Part shown: piece after piece, positions 40,201-51,979 of the stretch
Position numbering within the stretch: the first letter of the stretch is position 1
Layout: each line of letters starts with the position of its first letter
Source: Pocillopora damicornis
Lineage: Eukaryota
DNA length: 64,000 nucleotides
Assembly: GCF_003704095.1 (NCBI RefSeq)
Contig: NW_020846644.1
Coordinates: forward strand, 1-64,000
Direction: 5' to 3'
Program-made: the position numbers and the translations under genes
The notes under the pieces: model-generated
What the model saw: only the letters and a program-made list of their open reading frames with translations
Databases searched by the model: none
Told to the model about the DNA's origin: nothing

Positions 40201-43200
40201 TGCTGGACTTTGGCAAGGTTTTATTTTGGTGGTGGCAGAAGATGGTGGATCAGGCAAACTATTGTATCATTTGGTGTGCTTGTCAACAGCGGAAAGACAT
40301 TGGTTACTCCAGATTTTGGTGGATTTGTAACATTTTACATGAAGAGAGAAGCACATAATTCAAGTTAAGAGTAAAAAGAGAAAGAGCATTTAATTTGCAC
40401 TTGAAAGGAGAAGAGGTTTGAAACAATACATTGAAGCAAGCTCTACAATTACAGGTTGCCAGAATTGACATTCCAAAAGTTGATCTCATATTTGCATATT
40501 GATGAAGTCAAGCTATAACTATGATGTTAAAGGATTATTTTGTCCCCAAAGTGAATTTCCCTTTGTGAGAAAATTGTGTATTGAACAATTCCACTAGATG
40601 ACTCTCCTCTGTCAAACTATGAATAACACTATATTAAATACAAAATAAATCACTTAGATGTACAAAAAGCTGTTATAGACAAGCTTACACATCACATCTT
40701 AGTGTACATCTATTGAATAACATACAAAATATTTTATCCTTCACTTGTATGGCGCGGCACCGGCTATTCATAAACCATAAGGAACAAAGAATGGTGGAGG
40801 AAAAATTAGCAGTGGTAGCAGTAGTGCTGGTGGACCCAGTCGAGACGTCTTCGTAGCTCCAATTATGCAATTTCAACGGCAAATTTGATTTGTGAACACA
40901 AGAAGCAAAGTAGTGGTCTGGTAACGGTGGTCATGGTGGGCTAGAATTGCTTGATGTTCTAACTAATTAAGGGGTTACTTGCAATGTTATGGGGTACCAG
41001 ACTCTGAGCTGTTAAAGTGAGTCTTACAAGTCTGTGAGACAACGGTTTGCATTTTTTGTTTACAGTTAATGTCAAGGGGCTGGTGAGGGTCAGCCAGTGG
41101 TTCTACACTTAACCAACATCTGATGCATGTGCTCGTCGTACTCCCCTCCTGACATCCCCTAACTAACAATACCATCAGCAGTCCCATTAGCAGCCAGATG
41201 GGGAACTGAGGGTGGATGGGTGGCTTGGTTCTTTATCGAGTGCAAATATCTATTAGCGACATTTGGCATCCACAAGGGAGAGAAAATAGGCACCAGCTAT
41301 TTGAGAGAAGCTCTAAGGGGGTTGGGATCATGGATGCTCTCAGGAAAAATCTTTGTATAGATCTGTAGCGTTGAGGCATTTTCACAGTTTACCATTTGGA
41401 TTTCCGTGGTACACCAAACTGCTGACTTAGGCGGTTGGTTTACTTTCTGTTATACCTTAAGATTCCATATCAGCCACCCCGTTTCATTATGTCGTCATGC
41501 TGACCCAGTGGTATGTATGGTTGAGCATGTACGACCGGGCGCACTTCTGAGTCACGTGCGTTTCAAATCGATCCTAAGTTTTCGTTGGTTTCGTGCGACC
41601 CTCTGCATTTTCCAAGGCCCAGCTGTTTCAGGTTTCTAATCCTTGAATGTCAATCTATAAAAATAAAATTATTTTTCTCCGACTTCTTTTAGTATGGCCC
41701 ACTGATAAGCAGGTGGCATTATTGTTTGAATTTGACCAATTCATTTCGCACATTTGGTGCATTCCAATTATTATTTGCGGTTTCGAATCCCACAGCTGTG
41801 TTCTCTTATGAAATGTGTTAGACGGCTTGAAGATCAGAAATGTCGACTTGTAACCAAAATCACCTTGTCTCCAAATTAAATGAACTGGACAAATACATAA
41901 ATCAAAGAACAAAAGAAAAACCCTAAGGGTAGCTTCCCAGTGCTCACTCCGCTTGTTATGTGACCGGAAGTGCTTTTAGATCACTTGGCTGGAAGTGAAC
42001 ATTACATGCAGCGTATTTTACTGCAAGCACGACAAAGCAATCACTTGGTTGCGATTTCGCCGTTTCCACGGAGATGGTCATAAGTCATGGGGATGGTCAT
42101 AAGCCATAGGATTGTTGTATTTAAGGAGGCCGTGAAAGCTTATCTGGAGCTGAGTTTGTGTTTATTTATCAACCCTTGCTTATATTATTTTTCTTTCTTC
42201 TCGCAGGAGTGCTTGTTTCATGCAATGAAAGAGAAGAGGTACCGAACTGTGGGAGCATTAGTGTTTGTTATGGACAGATTCACTTATTGGCAAGGAATGT
42301 CTAATAGGACTCTACAACTTGTTGAATATTTGAAGACCAATAGTCCTGACATACCCATTGCACCTCAGTTACTGATAAGAAATGTGAGAATTATGAAAAA
42401 CGCAGGAAACCTACAAGGTATCTGTAAGTTTATTTTTGGAAAGTTATTGTTGTGAAAATAGGCTACTTGTTGGTAAATTGAAATTCCCTATTTTAAGTTA
42501 CGGCCAGAAACACCTTACCTGATTTCGAATTAGCTTCCAAAAGGATTTGAGAAGATGTTTGGTAGTAGATCCTGTCTTTGGTAAAGAAAAAAAAGTTAGT
42601 AAACAGATAATAACCAAGCACCATTCCAATAAATTAATTGGGTATCAAGTGCAATGAGTAAAGGAAATCTTCGCATTTTCACTTTTCAAGCATCAGCCTC
42701 GTATTCGGTCAGTGATTTTCTGTTGCACCAACATTTTGATTTTAAGCGGCGTTTGTCTTGTCAAATAATACCACGCAGTGTTACCATAGGAGTAGCCCAA
42801 ATATTCCTTGATTCATACGGTAAGGCATTGCGTCCATCTGGCCGGAGTAAATATGGAGTAATACACCCCGAGTAATCAACAGTTTGTCCTTGTCCCTTTA
42901 GGTGCAGAGAAAGCTCTTGACGATCTCCTAGATCAGAAGGCACAAATCGGTAAATGGATTTACCAGACGGAACATGATCGTCAACTTGTGAGTGCAGTGT
43001 GCTTTCAAATCAAAGGTGATATTCAGTACAACCTGGGGCAATGGACGAGAGGGGCAAAGCATTTGATGGATTCCGTGGTTTTGTTCAGGTATGCCTGGAT
43101 TCACCCGTCAGAAAAGACTGATTTTAATCGCCATATGGATATCTAGAATCATGTCACGGGGAGCAGAGCGGAAAAAGAATCCTATTGTACCTTGAATATT

Positions 43201-46200
43201 CCTATCTTTATTTGTATGTAAGCACAGTTCACAGTGATTGCAAATTATCCTTTTGTGTTGAGTAAAAATCCCAAAATTGTCCAAAGTGAAAAAAAAAACT
43301 GAAATACCTTCTCGTTACCCAGTCAAATATAATTGGTTTTTGGTCTGTTTGAATGTGTTTTCATCAATAGACTTTAAATTTCTCTGTTTTCTTATTCCTT
43401 TCAATTAGCTCACTTCCAATTCCAGATACAAAAGGAATCTCCTCCAGCCTTGCTATTCTCGGTAACTGCCTTCAGCGAATGAGTGTAACTGAGTATCTTC
43501 CTGTTTGTCACATGTATGGTCTCACAGCCTCCCATCCATTGCTTCAAGCCTATTACTGCTCTTGCGAAGCTGCTAGAAGATCACAATACACGCCACTGTT
43601 TTATGCCAGACATAAGGTAAGTGTATTAAGTACCTTACAGTGCATCCGTTGAGTCAAGCGTTTGGTAGGAGTAATGAAAAGGTTCTTGTATATTCCATAG
43701 AAGAGATTATTTTGTGAACTGTTGTGATAGCTTTGAAGTATATTACAGCATTTTCTGATGAATCGAGTTAAATATTAGTCCAAACTTTCAGTGCCCAGGT
43801 GCGTCTTTCTACCCTTCGCCTCTTCCTTTTCTTTCTACTCAATGTCCGTGAAAACATTGAAGAGAAAAGTTGTAATCAAATATAATCAAGACCCGTTATT
43901 CCCAAATACCGAAGTTATAGCTAAGTTGAGGAAGAAATGAGCCTTGAGGAGGAAAGGGTTGGGACCCTTGGAAACTAGCGCGTGCCCATCATTGCTAAGA
44001 GTTGGGAGGCTGGTGGTGTCCGGTGCAAATCTATTTTCAGCTCACTCTTTAATCCGACATCGTTTTCCGTTTGCTCATAAAGAATTCGATTTATTTTTAT
44101 TCGTGGAAATGTTTACTTTGTTAAAAGTGCATAAGTATCATTACAAATGTATCGTATAAGCTCTAATATTTGTTTAAGTGTTACTATTTCTGTTTGTGTT
44201 AATTTCGGCGACGATACACATCCATTTTGGGTGAGTATCGCGTCAAGCCCCTGCTACCACGTGAATTGTTTTCTCTTTGCACATTTAATTCCTTTCAGGA
44301 AGAGGTTTGCACAAACAGGTGACTATGGTGAGAGTTATTTTGATAGATACTCTATTTTGTGTCCCATTTAGTGTCAGGCCGGGGAACGTTTGTTGCATTA
44401 CTCAAAAGTGATTCCATGTGGAGCTACAAGGAAAAACTGTCTGATTGTTTCCATTCAAGATTTCAAAGACAGCATTCAAGCTCACAAAGACCTGCAGTCG
44501 TTGAAAAGCCGAGAGGAGTTCTTTGTCTTTGTTTGTGCAGTTTATAAGCTTGGCCTTGCATACGAAGAGTTGTCATCAGAAACTGGTTGCACTGAACAAG
44601 GGAAAGAAATATTACGAATGTCGATGTCAATGTATGAACACTACTGCCACTTCAGCGGTATGATCATTTTGGATGACGGTATCGCCACGCTAATTGCTCA
44701 CTGTCTGGATTTTTTAGGGTTGCCTCAGTGGTGTGTAGATCCTCAAGATGACAGCAAAAAAGCCCTCTCCCTAACTGTTGACGAAAACCAGTGTGGAGAC
44801 TCGGGTAAGTCAGTTTTTGTGCATTCAAGGGTACTGAATGACTGCTCGATAGGTTCCGTGGAAAGAAGTATCCGAACCGATGATCTCGAAACTCTTTTGG
44901 AGGTGCGCCGCGGAGGACTTGTGGTCACGGATAGCTTGACGGCGAAAAATTCCAACAGCGCTCTTGCTAACCCAGGAGCAAGGCCACCAGTGACAAACTG
45001 CATTGATTCAACAGTTGATAGGAGTTGTAAAACAAGGGAAAGCAGTTCAACTAGAGATTCCCCAGAACCAGCCACTGATTTATCAGGTTACAGCTTTGAA
45101 GTGACTTTCGACACTGTAGATCCCTGTGTTATAATTCAACACCTGGAACAGGAGACGGTGGCAATCAGCAATGATAAGTTTCTAACTCAAACCATAAACA
45201 ATCCAAGGCATAAAGTTCAAGGTAACTAATCTACAGTTCACTAACCTATCTATGTTACATCTACCATGATACTAGTGTGTTTACCCGACTTAACCACGGG
45301 TTGAGATTTTAGCGTATTAAGAAATGGCTTATTGTTCCGGATCAACTTTTCCAAACAAAACTCTCGAGTAATTGGTAGTCCTGAGGGACTTTGGCCGAAG
45401 GGAGGCGGAAAAGCTCATAACTGATCGAGAAAATTATCGGAGTGACAATTTTTCTGCACTGGGGGAGTGGGTAGTGTAAATATGCACTAGTAAAATCAAT
45501 CTCCATCGGTGTACCCAGGGGTAGACTTGACCCTTGTTTAGCGCATCGAGCCAAAGGTTCGCAAATTCAAAAATAATTAAATTTATCCGTATTACAGTGA
45601 CTCATTTAAACCACCTCTCTCTATATGTAATTCAAGTCGCCTGGTTTTTACCAGTCAGTTTTGTCAACGTACAAATGTATTTTTTGGTCTTACTACTGGT
45701 GCTAAATACAATCGAAAGTGACGATTTTCTTTGGAGAGCCTCGAGGCGATTAAAGACCATGTTTCTGGCGCACAGCTGTTTTCAAACGAGGCGCTCATCA
45801 TTTTTAGAACCAACATGTTTACCTAACACAAGGATCCTTCTTTGTAAAAGCGCCGAATTCGTGTAACTATGTTGATGATACAAGATATACTGATCAAAGC
45901 AATGATTTCTAGTTTTTGCGAGAGCATGTATTTGAGTTATTTTCGTTTTCAATCAAACGCGTGGCAAGGTGAGGGTGTGATATTTTTTCTCTCACAAGTC
46001 TCACAATGAATAAGGTGCGAGTTTTTTTTATTTATCTTTTGCAAAAAAAAAAGCGGGTCCTGCTTAAAAGTAAGTCTCTCTCATTAAAAACTATCAGAGC
46101 TTTACAGCGAATTTTAACAATCTTTGTTAAAAGTAAGGAGCTGTCAACAGCTTCTCCAAATTTTCGTAGAGAGCAGGCGCTGGCGCACAGCTGTTTTCTA

Positions 46201-49200
46201 ATGAGGCTTACTTTCTGAAACCAACAAGTCTACCTTAGAAGAGTATTCTGTTTTACAAAAGCACAGAATTCTTGCAACGATGTTGATGACACAAGATGTA
46301 CTAATCGAGGAAATTATCTCTAGTTTTTGAGAGAACATCTATTTTGAGTTATTCACGTTTTCAATCAAACGCGCGGCAAGACGAGGGTGTGATATTTTAC
46401 TCACAAGTCTCACAATGGAGAAGAAGAAGAAGACCATATGCAGGCACTATGCGTATGCCACATAAAGTAAAGGATTATGAAATAGAAATATTACTCGCGT
46501 TACTACTCGTTAATTAGTAGTTGCCTTTTTGAGTGAGCTGGAGAGAGTTGTGAGAGATTTCCCTCGAAAGAAAAAGACTGTTTTTTCGAGGTTTTGAGAG
46601 TATATTCAATAATGGCCTCTGCGGGGTTGTGCCTCTTCGAGAGGGTCCTCTTTTCAGAATAGTGGTATGATGAATAACGTTGCGGTATAGTAACGTCCAA
46701 GGAAAACTGCCGTTTGGATGATGTGAAAGGTCTTTCTAGGTATCTAGGTATCAATATAGAACGATAAGATTTTTGAGATGATAGTAATGTAAGGGTATTT
46801 CCTGGAAAAGATAATTTATCGATGGGTACCTTACGGATGTGCGTTAGTGGGTTGAATCCTTCAGCGCAGCGTCCCCTTTATGTTTAAAAGAATGATGATT
46901 AAGGATTATAGTAATTTTTCTCTGGTCAAAAGTACTTGTTAACTGAGGGTTTTCTTTTTTTTTTTTTTCTTTTTTTTTTTTTTGTAGCTGCTATTGTTTG
47001 GAGATATGACTACCATCGGAGTGAATGGAAAGGGGAAAAGACGTTGGCATATGTTGGAGATTTACTCGAGTTGGAGGAAGGCAAAGAGGGAGCACAGAGA
47101 AATGCGTATATGGTTGAATTTGTTGATCAAGAAGATCCTTTGGCAGGGTAAGGTACTTCTTTCAGCATGTCTCGGTGAACTTGCAGTCGAATTTCAAACT
47201 GAAAGACACTTTTATTGTTTTTATTGTTGTTATTATCATAATTGTTATTATCAATACCATTTTCTTTAAGTTTATCACGATCTTTTTTATCCCAGTTGGA
47301 GGATGGAAATATTTTTCTAGTAACTTTTTTCCTCGAAGTTTGCAGCGACTATTTTTCTCAAGTTGCATCTTGTTACAGAGTCTGTTTGAGCTCAGACAGA
47401 GGCTTTGATTTTTTATTAATGAAAAACTGGACCATTGCCAGAAGTTTTGTTGGAAGTTACACACCTATTATTAAGTTAATACTGTGGATAAACTGGCTTC
47501 ACGAGGGCATCTTAAAGAACGATCACTACTAAAGTTCATTCAAGCAGTGTGAGCTAATCATGAATTTCAAGTTATGATTTTTTCTGCCATTAACTAAACA
47601 TATTGTCTGAGATTTGGTCGAAGATTTGTATGAGGCTGGATTGATTGGAATGTTATGGTATTGGCAACAACAAGAAAACTACCGGTTAGGGGTGCTTTAT
47701 TGATTGACCAAATTTATAAGATGCTATTTGACGGAGTAATATTGGTGAGTTGTTTCAACAATATACTGGTAATCTTATTTCAGGTATGTGGCGAAGTGTT
47801 ATAAGAAGCCCAGAGATATCAAACAGTATCAACAGGATATTATTTGTCAGATGACAGCTCGTCATTACGTCACACTGTTCAACCAACAGCTATATCTTGC
47901 AGGTGTGATACAGATACTCAATAATACTCTTGTGCGCAAATTTGAGTTTAATCAAATCTATAATGTATTCTCTTTTATGCGTTTTATACTTTCAACCCTG
48001 CGACACATTGCGCGATTTGCACTGCTGTTTAAGGAGGATGTCGCCATTTATGGGCTTACCAGACAAAAATGTTTTTGGTCCCCTATTGGAAATATGTCTA
48101 TCATTATAACAGTCACATGGTCATAAAATTACTTTTGGGTTCCGATTCGTTGACTTTTTTGGCGATTCATAAGGTTAGCGTAGAGAATAATGGGAATTGG
48201 TGTTGTATGCAGTTTCGGCGAAATTAACCGCGGAAATCTATTATTTGTATTACAAGAGACAAAAGCTTTTATTTGGCGTGAAGATATGGTCGATGCTTGA
48301 AAATGATGTACCCATCACGTTTAAAGCAAAACCCATTGTGCCCAATGGCTAATTTCAGGTCCATTGTCGAACAGGACATGGCGGATCATGGATCTAATTA
48401 TCCGCTGTCAAATCACTCAGGCCAGTGGAAGGACCTTAAGATTCTCGGGAAATAGAATTAACTGTTTTTTTCGAGACATGCTGATAGCTTTTGTTATTAT
48501 AGAGTTTAGATGTTGTTAATAGCTGTTAATAATAACCCGTCAAATGTTTTGACCCTTGTGCGATTGGTTGTAACGTGTCACATGACTGAATATGCCTTGG
48601 AAAATTTGGGGAATATCCGGGACAACTACTATATTCCCCAATTTTAATACCTCACTTCCTTTCAGAAGAATGTAACTTCGAAGGACTTAGGTGTTTCGTT
48701 CAGCTGGGGTTCATTGCGGCGCAAGACTAAGAAATGGAAGTAATGTACAACGCAGTTTGTCTTTCACAGAATAATTTCTTAGTAAACATAAACGCTGTAT
48801 GAACATTTGCCGTGGGTATAACTTTTAACTGAGTCGACCGTACATTTACAAAGTAAGCTTATCCTCGTGTTTAGAAACCAAAACCATTAATTAACGTTTA
48901 TATTCCTATCATTCCTAGCTTTGAATGTGGGCGATATTCAGTTCCTTCCTGTAGTGTTACTTCAACTTGTTGACGTGTATGGCTCCGTCAGTGGTGCCGT
49001 ATATAACGTGGAACCCTACATGGCAGGGGAATTCGTCAAACTCACCAACAACTTTGGCTTTGTAAGAAGAGAAGACGACATGTCCGACGTAGTGTTGGCA
49101 TTCAGTCACTTCACATACGAAGAATCAAACCAGCAAATGGTGATCGTCGACATTCAAGGTTGGACTCCAGATACTACTGACAAAGCAAAGTGCACATTTC

Positions 49201-49358
49201 TCACCGACCCTCAGATTCACTCGGTGCGATACCAGTGTTTTGGAACAGGGAATTTAAGTCAGCGTGGCATTGACAGTTTTTGGAAGGAGATGCATCCGCA
49301 TTGTAACGACATTTGTATCAAGTTAGGACTATCCAGGCCGAATATCACATCAAAATGA
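30142..49358 (+). CDS. ALPK1: ALPK1-like alpha-kinase with an N-terminal STAND/NB-ARC-like domain, about 1158 aa
   Basis: Segments 30142-31222, 31482-31596, 39413-39518, 42207-42417, 42902-43088, 43409-43616, 44372-45221, 46988-47147, 47784-47902, 48919-49358 (3477 nt, GT-AG, phases consistent, no stops). ALPK1 N-terminal signatures WPFVPEKWQY, VMDRF, PIAPQLLIRNVR, PDTKGISSSL, YTPLF. Kinase motifs GAQRNAY, YVAK, QMTARHYV, VEPYMAGEFVKLTNN, VDIQGW, LTDPQIHS, HPHCNDIC. The start codon is uncertain (acceptor at 30130). Confidence 0.9.
31223..31468 (-). mobile_element. Antisense Penelope-like insertion (spans the 100-N gap 31274-31373) with a 13-bp TSD
   Basis: 31223-31273 is the reverse complement of the PLE tail seen at about 1425-1465 and 18118-18160. 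TSD cttgatttctcag at 31210-31222 and 31469-31481. Confidence 0.8.
32076..32575 (-). mobile_element. Possible LTR (~500 bp)
   Basis: TGT...ACA termini, a minus-strand TATA-like motif and AATAAA, and a weak purine tract next to it. No partner LTR seen. Confidence 0.35.
33200..36500 (-). mobile_element. Decayed RLE-type (R4/NeSL-like) non-LTR retrotransposon
   Basis: NWSLPGKDKITNYWIK, IPAWLMIGRSVMI, PINCLNTLY, LFVDYLK (FxDD position), FGLEWGINKCA, YKFLG. Many stops. Ends are approximate. Confidence 0.8.
36555..38577 (-). mobile_element. Ty3/Gypsy LTR retrotransposon 5' half (gag-protease-RT pseudogene, PBS, short LTR)
   Basis: gag LKLWVGDKGLDV..FEEYCAPRKN, protease FQLDTGA, RT RLCIDPRDLN..LDAKSGFWQ..RLPFG..IMDD. 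PBS TGGTGTCAGGAAG at 38492-38504. Candidate LTR 38505-38577 with tgtat/ataca ends. Confidence 0.9.
45765..46416. repeat. Two diverged ~240-bp direct repeats
   Basis: ctggcgcacagctgtttt...gagggtgtgatatttt..ctcacaagtctcacaatg at about 45765-46008 and 46180-46417. Confidence 0.8.
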
Positions 49359-49864
49359 AAAATGATAGAAGTGATGTGAACTGTGAGCTGTTTAAAAGTC
49401 TGTATTTGTCATCATCATCTTCAAAAAAGTAACCTTCCCGTCAATCCACTATTACGCCATTTTACTATGGCGATGAAACGCGAAAAAAAATGCATTATTT
49501 ATAAGCTGTAGAAGAGGCAAAAGTACGGAAAAAAGGCCCATTGCTCGCAATGCTTAACCATCGAAGATGTGTGTGATTAAGTTCTCGTTATGGACTTATT
49601 TCTTTAATTACTCGTGAAAGGTTTTGCTTTTTCTCCTTGTCTTAACATTTTACGCTAAACCCTTCACTTGATCGTAATGGAGACAGCTTCATTCTAATGC
49701 TTTTTGGTTTATTCAACTTAATAGAAGTAGTATAGAAATGCTTATCCAAAACAAGTAAGACCTATTCGCGCCAATTTCCTGAGCAAATGGCCGTTGACCG
49801 CACTCGAATAGGGAAGAATTAGGTTACTCAGTGATATTACAATAGATCGTAATTTCACACGTTA

Positions 49865-50284
49865 TCACGTCAAGATTCGATTTAGCGCCCGGGCCGCTTA
49901 TTTACTTTGGTACCTCAAGGTAGGGCGCTTATTCGAAACAGGGCGCTTATTCGAAACAGGGCGCTTATTCGAAACAGGGCGCCACACTCTTATTTCTTTT
50001 TTAGAAATGGCAGAATGTGCGAAAAGAAGCTTTGATCTTTACTTACTAAAGGAACAATACCAGAAACTTTAAAATTCACAAATGTACAGCGATTATTGGC
50101 AAAAATAATGGTAGGGAATGTACTCTTGAAACAGAATAGGGGCGCTCACTGAAGTGAGGGTCCTTATGCAACAGGGGCGCATTTTAAAACAGGGGCGCTT
50201 ATTGACAAAATCAAATTCGAGGAGGGCGCTTACTAGAGAGGAGGCGCCTAATGAAACGAGGGCACTAAATCGAATCCTCATGGT
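49865..50284. mobile_element. MITE with TIRs and internal 18-bp (agggcgcttattcgaaac) repeats
   Basis: TIR gattcgatttagcgccc / gggcactaaatcgaatc. Three perfect 18-mers at 49922-49975 and degenerate copies at 50139-50250. Confidence 0.75.
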
Positions 50285-51979
50285 GGTCCAGTTAAAAATA
50301 CTGAAAACGAGTGATTGTTTAGTTGTAAGACTTAGTCAAAGTACTGTTATTCAGTTACTGTAAAGTGGGATCGTATGATCTCAAGTAAAATTGCGGAAAA
50401 CTAATAACTCCTAAAGTTATCTTAAACTGTAGACGTGGCGGGAAATCTTATTTGCATTTCTAAACCGAACTTCGAGTATTTTCTTCAGTTGTACCTTGCA
50501 ATAAGACAATTAAGACACGTGATCACATACTTTACAAGTTATTTTTAGTTATTCGAACGCTTGGGTAACATTTAGTATTCGCTTAGCTTATGAAATGATC
50601 TCAGAACTGTTTGTATAAAAATAGTGCCTTGAAACTGTTATTTCGATTTACATGGGATTTACGTTGAAGACGCAATAAACGCAAGTGAAAGTGGAGTTCT
50701 AAGTCTCTTTTGGGTTGGAAATCCGCCAAGCGGATGTTCAGAGATAGTCTCCCCCAATTTGGTCAGTTTAGGCGAGAAGTATGATATATTCCGTTTCCCT
50801 TCCATCCCTGTACACCCCAAACCTTTCTTCTCAATAGCAGATTGAAGGCAAAATTGCAGCGAACGCATCGCATTCGTTTCTTAACCTCCCTTTACTAGGT
50901 ACTAGCTATAAGCTATCTGGCAGGCTAATCCTTTTCCTAATTCCTTTTGCTTTGAAATCGAATTTTGCCTCCAAATACTTGACCACATGTTCGTCTAGAA
51001 TGGTTATTCAACGTTTCGGTTGAGTTGTCAATTCTCACGCGCCTTTTTGCTCAGATACAACACATGCCACTTTAACAGGTAGGTTCAGATGGTGGCTGAT
51101 CGCTAATTCGAGTGCAAAACCTCCTTGGAATCGGCTCATTTATTGAAAATAGAGGAAATTCAATGCCACACTTTTGTTGACAAATGACATGCAAAACCGG
51201 AGGACACCTACGCGAAATGCCGTGAATGTTTAGTGTAAATAGCCCTTATGAAAAACGCACTTTTAATTAATGAAAGGCGATCAATTATGGAAAGGCCGAA
51301 GGAGTGTGAAGTAAGTAGATCCTCTACAAATGAAGCAATGATTAAGGAAATGCCTATCATGTAGAGTGTAGAAATCTGCAACCCTTTTCTCGTCTGAAAA
51401 AAGGATGAGTTTACCAAAAAACAAAAGAATTAATCTCTCTCATCCTACCAAGTAAAGTCGAACTTCCCAATGCAAAAAAAATCTCGAAAGCGAACATACC
51501 GAAATATTTCAACCTTAACGTGAGTGTCTCCCTCCATAAACGGCAATCTGGGTAGAGAGCATGAGAGGGGTTTTACGTCCAGTGCCTTGAACACAACAAG
51601 GTGGGCGAAGTCTAGTATCCACCTTGCCAAACGCATGATAATGCAAGGTTGTTTAAAAATGATGCATGCGAAAGTTATAGCCAGCAGCTGTTCAATACTG
51701 GTAAAACTGGGTAATCTCACTTTAAATTAGTTAATACTCTGTACGTGTAAATAAACTTTCGCTTTCGAAATAACTTAAATTTTCTACAAAATTATCCGAG
51801 ATTTAGGGTCCACGTTAAATTCGCGGTTCTACTCTTTGAGTATTAGCTAAACTGAGATAATACGGAGAAAAACAGCTACTCCTACAGCTACACAGCTAAA
51901 CAGCTACACAAGCCTGCGCATATGTGGCCTGTCCAATCCTTCGATTTTAACGCCTCTCTCAGTGTAAAGCATGATCAGA

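Noticed and set aside
47162-47532. Overlapping hydrophobic ORFs
   Set aside because: They come from (tta/ttg)-rich low-complexity intron sequence between kinase exons.
49922-50250. CRISPR-like or iteron-like array
   Set aside because: The 18-mers are contiguous with no unique spacers and lie inside a TIR-bounded MITE in eukaryotic DNA.
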